Shown piece by piece: positions 1 through 9,718 of a stretch of 64,000 nt of DNA (the stretch's first letter is position 1; each line of letters begins with the position of its first letter). The notes beneath the pieces are model-generated. The model was not told where the DNA came from, did not search any database, and saw nothing but the letters and a program-made list of their open reading frames with translations. The DNA comes from Betaproteobacteria bacterium (lineage in GTDB: Bacteria > Pseudomonadota > Gammaproteobacteria > Burkholderiales > Thiobacillaceae): assembly GCA_020061585.1 (NCBI GenBank), contig JAGUXX010000201.1, positions 4,575 to 68,574 on the forward strand, read 5' to 3'. A program made the position numbers and the translations under genes.

Positions 1-45
1 GTGGCAACGAGGCATCTCCTCGTTCAGGGGATGAAATGATCCAGC

Positions 46-360
46 TTGCCCTCAGTGAACCTGACAAGGCGGCTGCACGCTGGCAATGGCTCCTTGATAC
101 CGATGGAGGGAAGCATGTCGCACAGGCAGCCTGACCTAAATGAGCGGGATGTCGTGAGACAGATACTGGAGAGGGTGTCGGCTCCGGGAAAGCCTGGAGC
201 AGTATTCTTGAAAGACGAAACACTCATGGATTTCCCTGCCAATGTCATCAATGCCAGTAAATATCTAAACCGTGTTCTACATGATGTTATTGCTCTTGGG
301 GTGTATGACCGCGAAGCGTCAGTGATAAAAGCCATGGAAAACTTAGGCTTAGCCAATTAG
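46..360 (+). CDS. Hypothetical small protein (island cargo)
   Basis: 104-aa ORF co-directional with and immediately upstream of the DUF4224/integrase pair. No motif recognised, and the start is uncertain (internal Met residues). Confidence 0.3.
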   Translation: MPSVNLTRRLHAGNGSLIPMEGSMSHRQPDLNERDVVRQILERVSAPGKPGAVFLKDETLMDFPANVINASKYLNRVLHDVIALGVYDREASVIKAMENLGLAN

Positions 361-365
361 GCTCG

Positions 366-629
366 ATGGTGGAATCAATGGAACTCATCGAAAGCCCCAT
401 CAATTACAACAACTCTAGGGCCACATATGACCAAGCGGAAATCCAGGAAATAACCGGCTTGGGACAGCCAGCAGCACAAGAACGCTTTTTGACCAAGTTA
501 GGCATCAGAGTATTCCGGAACGCAAGCAATCAGGTCGTGTTGGAACGTGAGGTATTTAGGCGCTGGCAACTGGGCATTAAGATGGCCCAAGTCAAGCAAG
601 AACCGAGGCTCAAGACAATAAATGGCTAA
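366..629 (+). CDS. DUF4224-like small protein typically found upstream of phage integrases
   Basis: 87-aa ORF. The segment ITGLGQPAAQERFLTKLGIRVF resembles the DUF4224 core. It overlaps the integrase start by 8 nt. Confidence 0.5.
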   Translation: MVESMELIESPINYNNSRATYDQAEIQEITGLGQPAAQERFLTKLGIRVFRNASNQVVLEREVFRRWQLGIKMAQVKQEPRLKTING

Positions 630-1704
630 GCTACCCCCAGGCGTCACTATCAAGCATGGGAGATATTTCCGTATTCAGAGTCTTCGATCGGAAAACGGCA
701 AACGCAAACAAAAGTGGCACTCCCTGTCACGGGTCGACGAAGGTATGGCCTCGCTTTATCTGGCTCTCGCTGAGCTTGAGAAAAAGCCATCTGCCGACAG
801 AATGCCGGGCAAAATCATTGCGTGGCTGAAAGTCTCCTTGCCAGGCCTGTCCGCATCTGAACAAACGGAAACATCCCGCATGGCAGATGTGGTCAGTAAG
901 GTTTTTGCCGACTTTCTTGCGGAACAAGTCCAAGCAAAACATGTTCATGAGTTCCTGACCACTAACTTTGTAATCCCCGGAAAACTGAGGACGGCCCAAC
1001 GCTACAGAAATGTACTAAATCGTTTTTTTCGGTGGGCTATCGTGCAGGGGATCAGGTCAGACAACCCTGTTGATCCAATTAGCCTGAAAGCTCCACAGAA
1101 GCGAGACAGGTACATAACAGACACTGAATTCCATGCGATACGCGATGCCCTTCTCATCGGTGACGACGGTAGGAAAAACGCCTCTGGACCAATGATCCAA
1201 GTGTATGTTGATTTGCTCTACCTCACTGGTCAGCGAGGACAAGATATTCGCCTACTGCGCTGGCAACAGATTGATGAATCGCTGGGAGTTATCCGATTCA
1301 AGCCGAGCAAAACGCTTAAAAGTAGTGGGGCTAAGGTGGATGTGCCAATAACTCAGCCCATCGCTGATGTTCTTGCTCAAGCAAAGGGTTTCATGCGTGT
1401 CCGCGCAAGGTTGTCACCCTACGTTGTTCACAACCTTGAGGGGAGTGCTTATACGGCTCATGGCGTAGGGACCGCATGGGAGCGTGCCAGGAACCGGGTC
1501 GGCATCGAGGATGCAACCCTGAAAGACCTGCGTGCAAAACATGCAACTGACGCTGAGAAGGCTGGATATGCGATAGAGGACATCCGCAAGGCATTAGCAC
1601 ATGAGGACACCAGCACGACACGCGTCTATTTGAAGCAGCGTGCCAAAGTCCTAAGTACTGTGGAATTGAGCTTCCCTGTGAAGCCCAAAAACAGCGTTTG
1701 TTAG
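622..1704 (+). CDS. Tyrosine-type site-specific recombinase (phage integrase family)
   Basis: 360 aa. The C-terminal catalytic region has LTGQRGQDIRLLRW (Arg box) and HATDAEKAGYAIEDIRKALAHEDTSTTRVYLK (H-x-x-R ... Y). It is adjacent to the tRNA 3' end. Confidence 0.85.
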   Translation: MAKLPPGVTIKHGRYFRIQSLRSENGKRKQKWHSLSRVDEGMASLYLALAELEKKPSADRMPGKIIAWLKVSLPGLSASEQTETSRMADVVSKVFADFLAEQVQAKHVHEFLTTNFVIPGKLRTAQRYRNVLNRFFRWAIVQGIRSDNPVDPISLKAPQKRDRYITDTEFHAIRDALLIGDDGRKNASGPMIQVYVDLLYLTGQRGQDIRLLRWQQIDESLGVIRFKPSKTLKSSGAKVDVPITQPIADVLAQAKGFMRVRARLSPYVVHNLEGSAYTAHGVGTAWERARNRVGIEDATLKDLRAKHATDAEKAGYAIEDIRKALAHEDTSTTRVYLKQRAKVLSTVELSFPVKPKNSVC

Positions 1705-1766
1705 ACAGCTGTTTAGACAACCACCTATTCCACCACTCTAACGGTTTAATAAGTGGTTGATTTTAT

Positions 1767-1843
1767 TGGTCGGGGCGAGAAGACTCGAACTTCCGACCCC
1801 CTGCACCCCATGCAGGTGCGCTACCAGGCTGCGCTACGCCCCG
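1767..1843 (-). tRNA. tRNA-Pro (anticodon GGG)
   Basis: The reverse complement reads CGGGGCG-TA-GCGC-AGCCTGGTA-GCGC-A-CCTGC-ATGGGGT-GCAGG-GGGTC-GGAAG-TTCGAGT-CTTCT-CGCCCCG-A-CCA. This is a full cloverleaf with an encoded CCA and anticodon loop A-U-GGG-G-U. Confidence 0.9.
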
Positions 1844-2046
1844 AACTCGAAAGATTATAAGGGCTCGGCGGGTTGATCGTAAACACCACGATGCAAAAAG
1901 AAATGCGTGACATGGTCAGGAACTGGCACCAAAAAATCACGAAATCCTGGTTGCCGACAGAATCCGGCTGCAAGTAGTTGAAGACGAACGGATTCGGCAA
2001 AGAAAATCTGCGTTCTCGAACCGCGGCGAGACTATCGGATGACCTG

Positions 2047-2430
2047 TCAGATACGCAGCAAAGCGATGATTTCAGCCAGTTCCTGCTTTATTTCAGACTG
2101 GGTGATGCTTGATTCTGTCACTTCTTCAAGGTCAGGCGCGGCGACGACTTCATCGTTCTCGCCTTCCGACAACAGTCGGTTGCGCGCACCGCTGATGGTG
2201 AACCCCTGCTCGTAGAGCAATTCTCGAATGCGCCGAATCAGCATGACTTCGTGATGCTGATAATAACGACGATTGCCGCGCCGCTTGACCGGCTTCAGTT
2301 GGGTGAATTCCTGCTCCCAATAGCGCAGCACATGCGGTTTGACACCGCACAACTCGCCGACTTCGCCGATCGTGAAGTAGCGCTTGGAAGGGATCAGCGG
2401 CAGCTCAGAGCTCGGCGGATGTTCCGACAT
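2047..2430 (-). CDS. MerR-family transcriptional regulator
   Basis: The N-terminal [28 protein letters not shown] ... RRGNRRYY is typical of MerR. It overlaps the end of ihfA by 26 nt. Confidence 0.8.
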   Translation of the reverse strand: MSEHPPSSELPLIPSKRYFTIGEVGELCGVKPHVLRYWEQEFTQLKPVKRRGNRRYYQHHEVMLIRRIRELLYEQGFTISGARNRLLSEGENDEVVAAPDLEEVTESSITQSEIKQELAEIIALLRI

Positions 2431-2713
2431 GTGCTTCTTCCACCATGGTCTTCAACTTCTGGCTGGCGTGAAATGTCACCACGCGGCGCGCGGTAATGGG
2501 CATTTCCTCGCCGGTTTTGGGGTTACGCCCCGGGCGTTGCGGCTTCTCACGCAATTGAAAATTGCCGAACCCGGAAAGCTTGACGCTGTCGCCGCTCTCC
2601 AAAGCGGTTCTGACTTCTTCGAAGAAGGTTTCCACCATGTCCTTGGCTTCACGCTTGTTGAGTCCTACTTTCTCGAACAGCAGGTTGGCCAATTCAGCTT
2701 TGGTAAGGGTCAT
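2405..2713 (-). CDS. ihfA: Integration host factor subunit alpha
   Basis: 102 aa, [34 protein letters not shown]...[34 protein letters not shown], a clear IHF-alpha/HU fold signature downstream of pheT. Confidence 0.95.
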   Translation of the reverse strand: MTLTKAELANLLFEKVGLNKREAKDMVETFFEEVRTALESGDSVKLSGFGNFQLREKPQRPGRNPKTGEEMPITARRVVTFHASQKLKTMVEEAHVGTSAEL

Positions 2714-2728
2714 GCGGGTAAAGCTCCG

Positions 2729-5098
2729 TCAGCCGCGCAAAATGGCGTTGTAGTTTTTAGCCAAGAGATTGATCACTTCCATTACAGTCGTATCAATTTC
2801 AGAATCTGTAAGCGTTTTCTCAGTATGTTGCAACAACATATTGAAAGCAAGGCTTTTTTTGTCCACATCAACGCCTTGCCCCTGATACACGTCAAAGCAG
2901 TTGATATCAGCCAGCAAGGGCAACCGCGCTGCCTTCACGCTGGCCAACACATCCGCCAGGGCCAGATTTGCATCGACGATCATGGCAATATCGCGCCGAA
3001 CCGCGGGAAAGCGTGGAATCGCCCGATAGACCGGCACGTGCCGCTCAAGCAAGGACGCGAGGTCCACTTCGAGCAGCAGCGGCGAACGCACGAAGCCGTA
3101 TTTCTGGGTCAGCCGCGGGTGCAAAGCCCCGATCCAGCCGCACACTTTACCCGCGACCAGCAGCTCGGCACTTTGACCGGGATGCAGGGTGACCAGATTG
3201 GCGCGGCGGAGTTCGAACGGCAGGGGATGCATCATTGCTTCCAGATCGGCGCGCAAATCATGAAAATCGACATTGCGCGATGTTTCCCCCCATTGCTCGG
3301 CATTCACGCCACCATAGGCCAGCATGGCCAGACGCATCGGCTGGAGCTCGGCGGCGATGCCGTGAAAGACGCGTCCCGCCTCGAAGATCCGCAGCCTCTC
3401 CTGCCCATGATTCAGGTTGTGACGCAAGGTCTGAATCAAGCCACCGACCAGCGAACCGCGCATCACGCCCATCTGGCTGGCGATGGGATTCAGCAAGGGC
3501 AAGCCGGCTCCCGCCGTTCGAAACGTCCGATCCAAATCATCAGATATAAAGCTATAGGTTACAACCTCCTGATAACCCCTTGACACCAATAGATTTTTCA
3601 ATTCATGCACGCTACGCGTCGATTCGCTCAGCGGCAGCATGGCATGCACGCCGCGCGGGCTGGCCGCGGGCAATGATTCGTAACCATGCACTCGCGCGAC
3701 TTCCTCGATCAGATCGACCTCGCGGGTGATATCGAAACGATGGCTGGGGGGCGTGACGCGTATGGTTTCACCGGACGGTTGCAGCCGCATGTCGAGGCGC
3801 TTCAGGATGCCGGACATGGTCGCATCATCCAGATCGAGACCGAGTATCCGCCGCGCGCGCGCCGGACGAAACTCAACCGCATCGAATGCCATGGCACCCT
3901 GCCCCTGTTCCAGCACAGGCCCGCATGCGCCGCCACAGATTTCCAGGATCAAACGCGTGGCGCGCTGCATCGCCCGGGCCGGCAAGTCGGCATCGACGCC
4001 GCGCTCGAAACGGTGCGAGGAATCGGTCGACAAACCGAATCGCCGCGCTTTTCCGATGATCGCGTCCGGCGTGAAGTGCGCCGCTTCGAGAAAAATGTCG
4101 CGGCTGAGCTCGCTTACCGCGCTCGAAGCGCCGCCCATGATGCCGGCCATCGCCAGCGGGCCTTGGTCATCGGCAATCAGCAACACGTCGACATCCGCAT
4201 CGGAGAATGTCACCGTCTGCTCATTCAACAAAGCCAGTTGCTCGCCGGCCCGGGCCATGCGCACCTGGATGGCGCCATGCAATCGGGCAAGGTCAAAACC
4301 ATGCATGGGTTGGCCCAATTCGAGCATCACATAGTTGGTGATATCCACCACCGGGTGAATGGCGCGCAAGCCACAGCGTTCCAGGCGCCGCACCATCCAG
4401 CGCGGCGTTTGCGCTTGCGCATCGATGCCGCGGATAACTCGGCCGCAATAGCTCGGGCAAGCCACGTCGGCGGCGATCAGCAAGGGCTGGACATCAGTCA
4501 GGTTGGGAGCGACCGGCGTGCAATCGACCGCCGTCATCGGCGCGCCGGTCAATGTCGCCACTTCACGCGCAAGACCAGACAGCGACAGGCAATCGCCGCG
4601 ATTCGGGGTCAGCTTGAGCGTCAACAAACGATCATCCAGATCAAGATGGATACGCAAGTCTTCACCGATCGGCGCATCACCCGACAGTTCAAGAATGCCG
4701 TCGACACCAGCGGCATTCGGCAAGCCGAGCTCCTTGGCGGAACACAGCATGCCGAAGGAGGCGACACCGCGTACCTTGGCCTGCTTGATTTCAAGATCCG
4801 GCAATTTCGCGCCGACGCGCGCGCAAGCGGTCAGCAAGCCGGCGCGGGCATTTGGCGCGCCGCAGACGATGGTCAGATTTTCCGCCGCGCCGACATCGAC
4901 CTGGCAGACCCGCAGCCGGTCGGCATCGGGATGTTTCTCGGCACTGACGATGCGCGCCACCACGACTTGCGTGAACGGCGCCGCCGCCGGTTCGATGGCC
5001 TCCACTTCGAGACCGGCCATGGTCAGCAGATGGCCCAGTTGGTGTGTGTCGAGCGCGGGGTTGACGAGGCTGCGTAGCCAGGATTCGGAGAATTGCAT
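2729..5098 (-). CDS. pheT: Phenylalanine--tRNA ligase beta subunit
   Basis: 789 aa. The N-terminus MQFSESWLRSLVNP, the tRNA-binding domain, the B3/4 and B5 domains and the C-terminal FDX-ACB-like region all match, and the gene follows pheS. Confidence 0.95.
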   Translation of the reverse strand: MQFSESWLRSLVNPALDTHQLGHLLTMAGLEVEAIEPAAAPFTQVVVARIVSAEKHPDADRLRVCQVDVGAAENLTIVCGAPNARAGLLTACARVGAKLPDLEIKQAKVRGVASFGMLCSAKELGLPNAAGVDGILELSGDAPIGEDLRIHLDLDDRLLTLKLTPNRGDCLSLSGLAREVATLTGAPMTAVDCTPVAPNLTDVQPLLIAADVACPSYCGRVIRGIDAQAQTPRWMVRRLERCGLRAIHPVVDITNYVMLELGQPMHGFDLARLHGAIQVRMARAGEQLALLNEQTVTFSDADVDVLLIADDQGPLAMAGIMGGASSAVSELSRDIFLEAAHFTPDAIIGKARRFGLSTDSSHRFERGVDADLPARAMQRATRLILEICGGACGPVLEQGQGAMAFDAVEFRPARARRILGLDLDDATMSGILKRLDMRLQPSGETIRVTPPSHRFDITREVDLIEEVARVHGYESLPAASPRGVHAMLPLSESTRSVHELKNLLVSRGYQEVVTYSFISDDLDRTFRTAGAGLPLLNPIASQMGVMRGSLVGGLIQTLRHNLNHGQERLRIFEAGRVFHGIAAELQPMRLAMLAYGGVNAEQWGETSRNVDFHDLRADLEAMMHPLPFELRRANLVTLHPGQSAELLVAGKVCGWIGALHPRLTQKYGFVRSPLLLEVDLASLLERHVPVYRAIPRFPAVRRDIAMIVDANLALADVLASVKAARLPLLADINCFDVYQGQGVDVDKKSLAFNMLLQHTEKTLTDSEIDTTVMEVINLLAKNYNAILRG

Positions 5099-5139
5099 GG
5101 CGCCTGATGAAGTGAGTGGGTTAGAGGTTGCCGATCAAG

Positions 5140-6135
<996 letters not shown>

Positions 6136-6172
6136 CTAACCCATTGGGCGATTAGACAATTTCGCCAGAAAT

Positions 6173-6200
6173 GAAAAAGGGAGGCCTGGACAGGCCTCCC
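6173..6200 (-). terminator. Rho-independent terminator between rplT and pheS
   Basis: On the minus strand, GGGAGGCCT-GTCC-AGGCCTCCC (9-bp GC-rich stem) is followed by TTTTTC. It lies 23 nt after the rplT stop and about 40 nt before the pheS ATG. Confidence 0.6.
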
Positions 6201-6222
6201 TTCAACTTGAACGAGAACGCGC

Positions 6223-6588
6223 TTACGCTCCCAGGCTGGCCTTGGCTTGATCCGCGATCTTGGCAAACGCCGGTTGATCGAAGATGGCCATGTCGGAAAG
6301 CACCTTGCGATCGAGATCGATCGAGGCTTTCTTCAGGCCGCACATGAACTGGCTGTAATTCATGTCGATACCGAGACTGCGCACGGCGGCGTTGATCCGC
6401 GCGATCCACAGTTGACGGAACTGACGTTTTTTCTGACGGCGGTCACGGTAGGCATATTGCCCGGCCTTCATCACCGCTTCATTGGCAATCCGGAATACAT
6501 TCTTGCGGCGACCACGGAAACCCTTGGCGGCGTTGAGAACTTTCTTGTGACTGGCGCGAGCCGTTACACCACGTTTAACGCGAGGCAT
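6223..6588 (-). CDS. rplT: 50S ribosomal protein L20
   Basis: 121 aa, [18 protein letters not shown]...[22 protein letters not shown]. Confidence 0.95.
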   Translation of the reverse strand: MPRVKRGVTARASHKKVLNAAKGFRGRRKNVFRIANEAVMKAGQYAYRDRRQKKRQFRQLWIARINAAVRSLGIDMNYSQFMCGLKKASIDLDRKVLSDMAIFDQPAFAKIADQAKASLGA

Positions 6589-6603
6589 GTCTGATCTCCT
6601 TGT

Positions 6604-6801
6604 TTAAGCGTAGGGCATCATGTCACGCACGTGACCGATGTCGGAAGGATTCACGTCGGACATACCGCGCAGGTGACGCTTGCGCTTGGTGGTCTTCTTG
6701 GTGAGGATATGGCGCATGTAAGCGGATGAACGCTTGATGCTGCCGCTGCCGCGAACGCGGAAGCGTTTGGCGGCGCCACTCTTGGTCTTCATTTTGGGCA
6801 T
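6604..6801 (-). CDS. rpmI: 50S ribosomal protein L35
   Basis: 65 aa, [24 protein letters not shown]. Confidence 0.95.
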   Translation of the reverse strand: MPKMKTKSGAAKRFRVRGSGSIKRSSAYMRHILTKKTTKRKRHLRGMSDVNPSDIGHVRDMMPYA

Positions 6802-6950
6802 GGTTAGCTCCTGGTTTTTCTATGCGCGTGGCGGTTCCCCGCGGGAACACTTGAACAGCCATTTGGCACGTGTTTACAACATACAACATTTGTGTCTACT
6901 ACTTTTTCAGCCTGCACGGAATAGAGGACCGTGCCGCCTTGCAGCAATAT

Positions 6951-7472
6951 TCAAGCCTTTTTCTTGGGGGCAAGCACCATGATCATCTGCCGGCCTTCAA
7001 GCTTGGGGAACTGCTCGACAATACCGTGTTCCGCCAAATCCGCCTCGACGCGGCGGAGCAACTGCATGCCGAACTCCTGGTGGGCCATCTCACGACCGCG
7101 GAAACGCAAGGTGATCTTCGCTTTGTCGCCCTCATCCAGAAAACGAATCAGATTGCGCAGCTTGACCTGATAGTCGTTGTCATCGGTCGCCGGCCGGAAT
7201 TTGACTTCCTTGATCTGGATCTGCTTTTGTTTCAGCTTGGCTTCGTGCTGCTTTTTGCTTTCCTGGTACTTGAATTTGCCGTAATCCATGATCCGACAAA
7301 CCGGCGGCTGCGCTTGCGGCGCAATCTCGACCAGGTCCAGCTCGGCTTCTTCAGCCTTGATCAACGCTTCACGCAAACTGACGATACCCAGTTGCTCGCT
7401 CTCCACACCCACCAGTCGGATCGGCGATACATCAATCTCGCCGTTGATCCGAGGTTCTTTTTCCTGTGCTAT
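6951..7472 (-). CDS. infC: Translation initiation factor IF-3, with an inferred non-canonical AUA start
   Basis: The track ORF (6951..7412) starts inside the conserved N-domain. Extending it in frame gives [33 protein letters not shown], matching the conserved IF-3 N-terminus (M-A-x-x-x-x-x-RIN-x-EI). The codon at 7472-7470 is ATA and total length is 173 aa. Confidence 0.85.
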   Translation of the reverse strand: MAQEKEPRINGEIDVSPIRLVGVESEQLGIVSLREALIKAEEAELDLVEIAPQAQPPVCRIMDYGKFKYQESKKQHEAKLKQKQIQIKEVKFRPATDDNDYQVKLRNLIRFLDEGDKAKITLRFRGREMAHQEFGMQLLRRVEADLAEHGIVEQFPKLEGRQMIMVLAPKKKA

Positions 7473-7484
7473 CTCAAGCCCCTT

Positions 7485-7520
7485 GAAAAACGAGGAGCCG
7501 ACCAGTTGCGTCGGCTCCTC
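7485..7520 (-). terminator. Rho-independent terminator/attenuator between thrS and infC
   Basis: On the minus strand, GAGGAGCCGAC-GCAACTG-GTCGGCTCCTC (11-bp stem) is followed by GTTTTTC. It begins 7 nt after the thrS stop. Confidence 0.65.
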
Positions 7521-7526
7521 AGGTTG

Positions 7527-9425
7527 TTAGTCAACATCACGCAGCGTGGTGAGGAAAGTATCAAGATCCATCTGACCCAGATCTTCTCCACCGCGTTTGC
7601 GTACCGCCACCTTGCCATCCTGACGCTCTTTGTCGCCAACAATGATCTGATACGGCACACGCTGCATCGAGTGCTCGCGGATTTTATAGGTGATCTTCTC
7701 GTTCCTCAAGTCTGAAACGACTCGAACACCTTGTTTTTTTAGGCTTTGTGTCACTTCTCGGGCGTAATCCGCCTGGGCGTCGGTAATATTCATCACCACA
7801 GCTTGAACCGGCGCCAACCAGACCGGGAAATTACCCGCGTAATGTTCGATCAGAATACCGACGAAACGCTCCAGGGAGCCGAACAAGGCGCGATGCAACA
7901 TGACTGGCCGATGGCGCGTATTGTCTTCCGCGATGTAATGGATATCGAAGCGCTCCGGCAGATTCATGTCGACTTGCAAGGTGCCGCACTGCCAATCGCG
8001 GCCGATGGCGTCACGCAGCACGAACTCAAGCTTGGGACCGTAGAACGCGCCCTCGCCGGGGAACAGCGTGTAGGGCATGCCCATATGGTCGAGCGCATTG
8101 GACAACGCGCCTTCCAGCTTGTCCCAGATTTCATCCGAACCGATGCGGTTGTCCGGCCGGGTGGACAATTTGATGCGTACGTCTTCGAAGCCGAAGTCCT
8201 TGTAAATATCCAGAATCAGGGCGACGACATCCTTGCACTCCTGTTCCATCTGGGCTTCGGTGCAAAAGATATGTGCATCATCCTGCGTGAAATGGCGCAC
8301 CCGCAACAACCCATGCAGCGCCCCGGAAGGCTCGTAACGATGCACCTTGCCGAACTCGGCCATACGTATCGGCAGATCACGGTAGCTCTTGATGCCTTGC
8401 GCGTACATGGACACGGCGCCCGGGCAGTTCATGGGCTTCAAGGCAAACACACGCTCATCCTCGGTCTGCGTGGTGAACATGTGATCGCGATAATTCATCC
8501 AGTGACCGGACAGTTCCCAGAGGCTGCGATCCATTACGTCCGGCGTATTCACCTCCTCATACCCCGCCTCGTTCTGACGCCGACGCATGTAGTTGATCAG
8601 GTCCTGGAACAGGCTCCAGCCTTTCGCATGCCAGAACACCGCGCCGGGTGCGTTGTCCTGGAAATGGAACAGGTCGAGTTGCTGTCCGAGTTTGCGGTGA
8701 TCGCGCTTCTCAGCCTCTTCCAAGCGATGCAGATAGGCGGCCAGATCGTCCTTGTTCGCCCAGGCGGTGCCGTAGATGCGCTGCAACATCTCGTTCTTCG
8801 AGTTACCGCGCCAATACGCGCCGGCCAGCTTCATCAGCTTGAACACCTTGAGCTTGCCGGTGGACGGCACATGCGGGCCACGGCAAAGATCGATGAAATC
8901 ACCTTCGCGATACAGGGAAATCGTTTGTCCGGCGGGAATGGACGCGATGATCTCGGCCTTGTAGTGCTCGCCGATGGATTTGAAAAACTCGACCGCCTGA
9001 TCACGATCCCATTCTTCGCGCGTCACCGGCAGATCTTTCTTGGCGATTTCCACCATGCGCTTTTCTATTGCGGCCAGATCTTCCGGCGTGAATGGACGCT
9101 TGTACGAGAAATCGTAATAAAAGCCGTCATCAATCACCGGACCGATGGTGACCTGCGCATCCGGGAACAACTGCTTCACCGCGAATGCCAACAGGTGGGC
9201 GGTGGAATGGCGAATCAGATCGAGACCATCGGCATCCTTGTCGGTGACGATCGCCAGATGGGCATCCTGCTCGATACGGAACGAAGTATCGACCAACTGG
9301 CCATCCACCTTGCCGGCCAGCGCCGCGCGGGCCAGGCCGGCGCCGATGCTGGCGGCCACTTCGGCCACCGTCACCGGCGCGTCGAAAACACGTTCGGAAC
9401 CATCGGGAAGTCGGATCACGGGCAT
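7527..9425 (-). CDS. thrS: Threonine--tRNA ligase
   Basis: The sequence matches ThrRS throughout. The track ORF starts at a GTG (9434), but the ATG at 9425 gives the canonical [11 protein letters not shown]-terminus with AAGG 8 nt upstream. Confidence 0.95.
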   Translation of the reverse strand: MPVIRLPDGSERVFDAPVTVAEVAASIGAGLARAALAGKVDGQLVDTSFRIEQDAHLAIVTDKDADGLDLIRHSTAHLLAFAVKQLFPDAQVTIGPVIDDGFYYDFSYKRPFTPEDLAAIEKRMVEIAKKDLPVTREEWDRDQAVEFFKSIGEHYKAEIIASIPAGQTISLYREGDFIDLCRGPHVPSTGKLKVFKLMKLAGAYWRGNSKNEMLQRIYGTAWANKDDLAAYLHRLEEAEKRDHRKLGQQLDLFHFQDNAPGAVFWHAKGWSLFQDLINYMRRRQNEAGYEEVNTPDVMDRSLWELSGHWMNYRDHMFTTQTEDERVFALKPMNCPGAVSMYAQGIKSYRDLPIRMAEFGKVHRYEPSGALHGLLRVRHFTQDDAHIFCTEAQMEQECKDVVALILDIYKDFGFEDVRIKLSTRPDNRIGSDEIWDKLEGALSNALDHMGMPYTLFPGEGAFYGPKLEFVLRDAIGRDWQCGTLQVDMNLPERFDIHYIAEDNTRHRPVMLHRALFGSLERFVGILIEHYAGNFPVWLAPVQAVVMNITDAQADYAREVTQSLKKQGVRVVSDLRNEKITYKIREHSMQRVPYQIIVGDKERQDGKVAVRKRGGEDLGQMDLDTFLTTLRDVD

Positions 9426-9445
9426 GCCAAACACCTTGGGAAATG

Positions 9446-9470
9446 AAAAAGCCGGAACGCAAGTTCCGGC
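9446..9470 (-). terminator. Hairpin plus U-run immediately downstream of tRNA-Val
   Basis: On the minus strand, GCCGGAAC-TTGC-GTTCCGGC is followed by TTTTTC. The element lies between the tRNA-Val 3' end (9481) and the thrS start. Confidence 0.55.
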
Positions 9471-9480
9471 TTCTTTTAGT

Positions 9481-9557
9481 TGGTAGGCGCGATTGGACTC
9501 GAACCAACGACCCCCACCATGTCAAGGTGGTGCTCTAACCAGCTGAGCTACGCGCCT
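9481..9557 (-). tRNA. tRNA-Val (anticodon GAC)
   Basis: The reverse complement reads AGGCGCG-TA-GCTC-AGCTGGTTA-GAGC-A-CCACC-TTGACAT-GGTGG-GGGTC-GTTGG-TTCGAGT-CCAAT-CGCGCCT-A-CCA. Confidence 0.9.
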
Positions 9558-9718
9558 AAGGTCGGGGCGCATTCTAGTGGGGTTCGTAGACGAATACAAA
9601 CCCGAATCCGGCATTTTTGCAAAAAAGGCGGATTGCGCCTACGCGAGTGATGCATACCACTCGCAGTCGCGGACTCGACGGCTAAAATCACCCGACTCCT
9701 CCAACATGCGAAGACCTC

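Larger units (their letters stand above)
1..1843. mobile_element. Edge of an integrative element (prophage or genomic island) inserted at tRNA-Pro; it continues beyond the window start
   Basis: A DUF4224-like ORF overlaps a tyrosine integrase by 8 nt. The integrase 3' end lies about 60 nt from the 3' end of tRNA-Pro(GGG), the classical int-att-tRNA arrangement. The second att copy is not in the window. Confidence 0.55.

Noticed and set aside
2384-5077. Long plus-strand ORFs (399 aa and 463 aa) opposite pheT and ihfA
   Set aside because: pheT and ihfA are unambiguous on the minus strand. The antisense translations are Arg/His/Gly/Ala-rich with no domain signatures.
9446-9470. The hairpin upstream of thrS as a ThrRS translational operator (tRNA-Thr anticodon-arm mimic)
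   Set aside because: The loop is a tetraloop (UUGC), or CUUGCG if the closing pair opens, without the U-NGU-A anticodon-like sequence. It behaves more like the tRNA-Val terminator.
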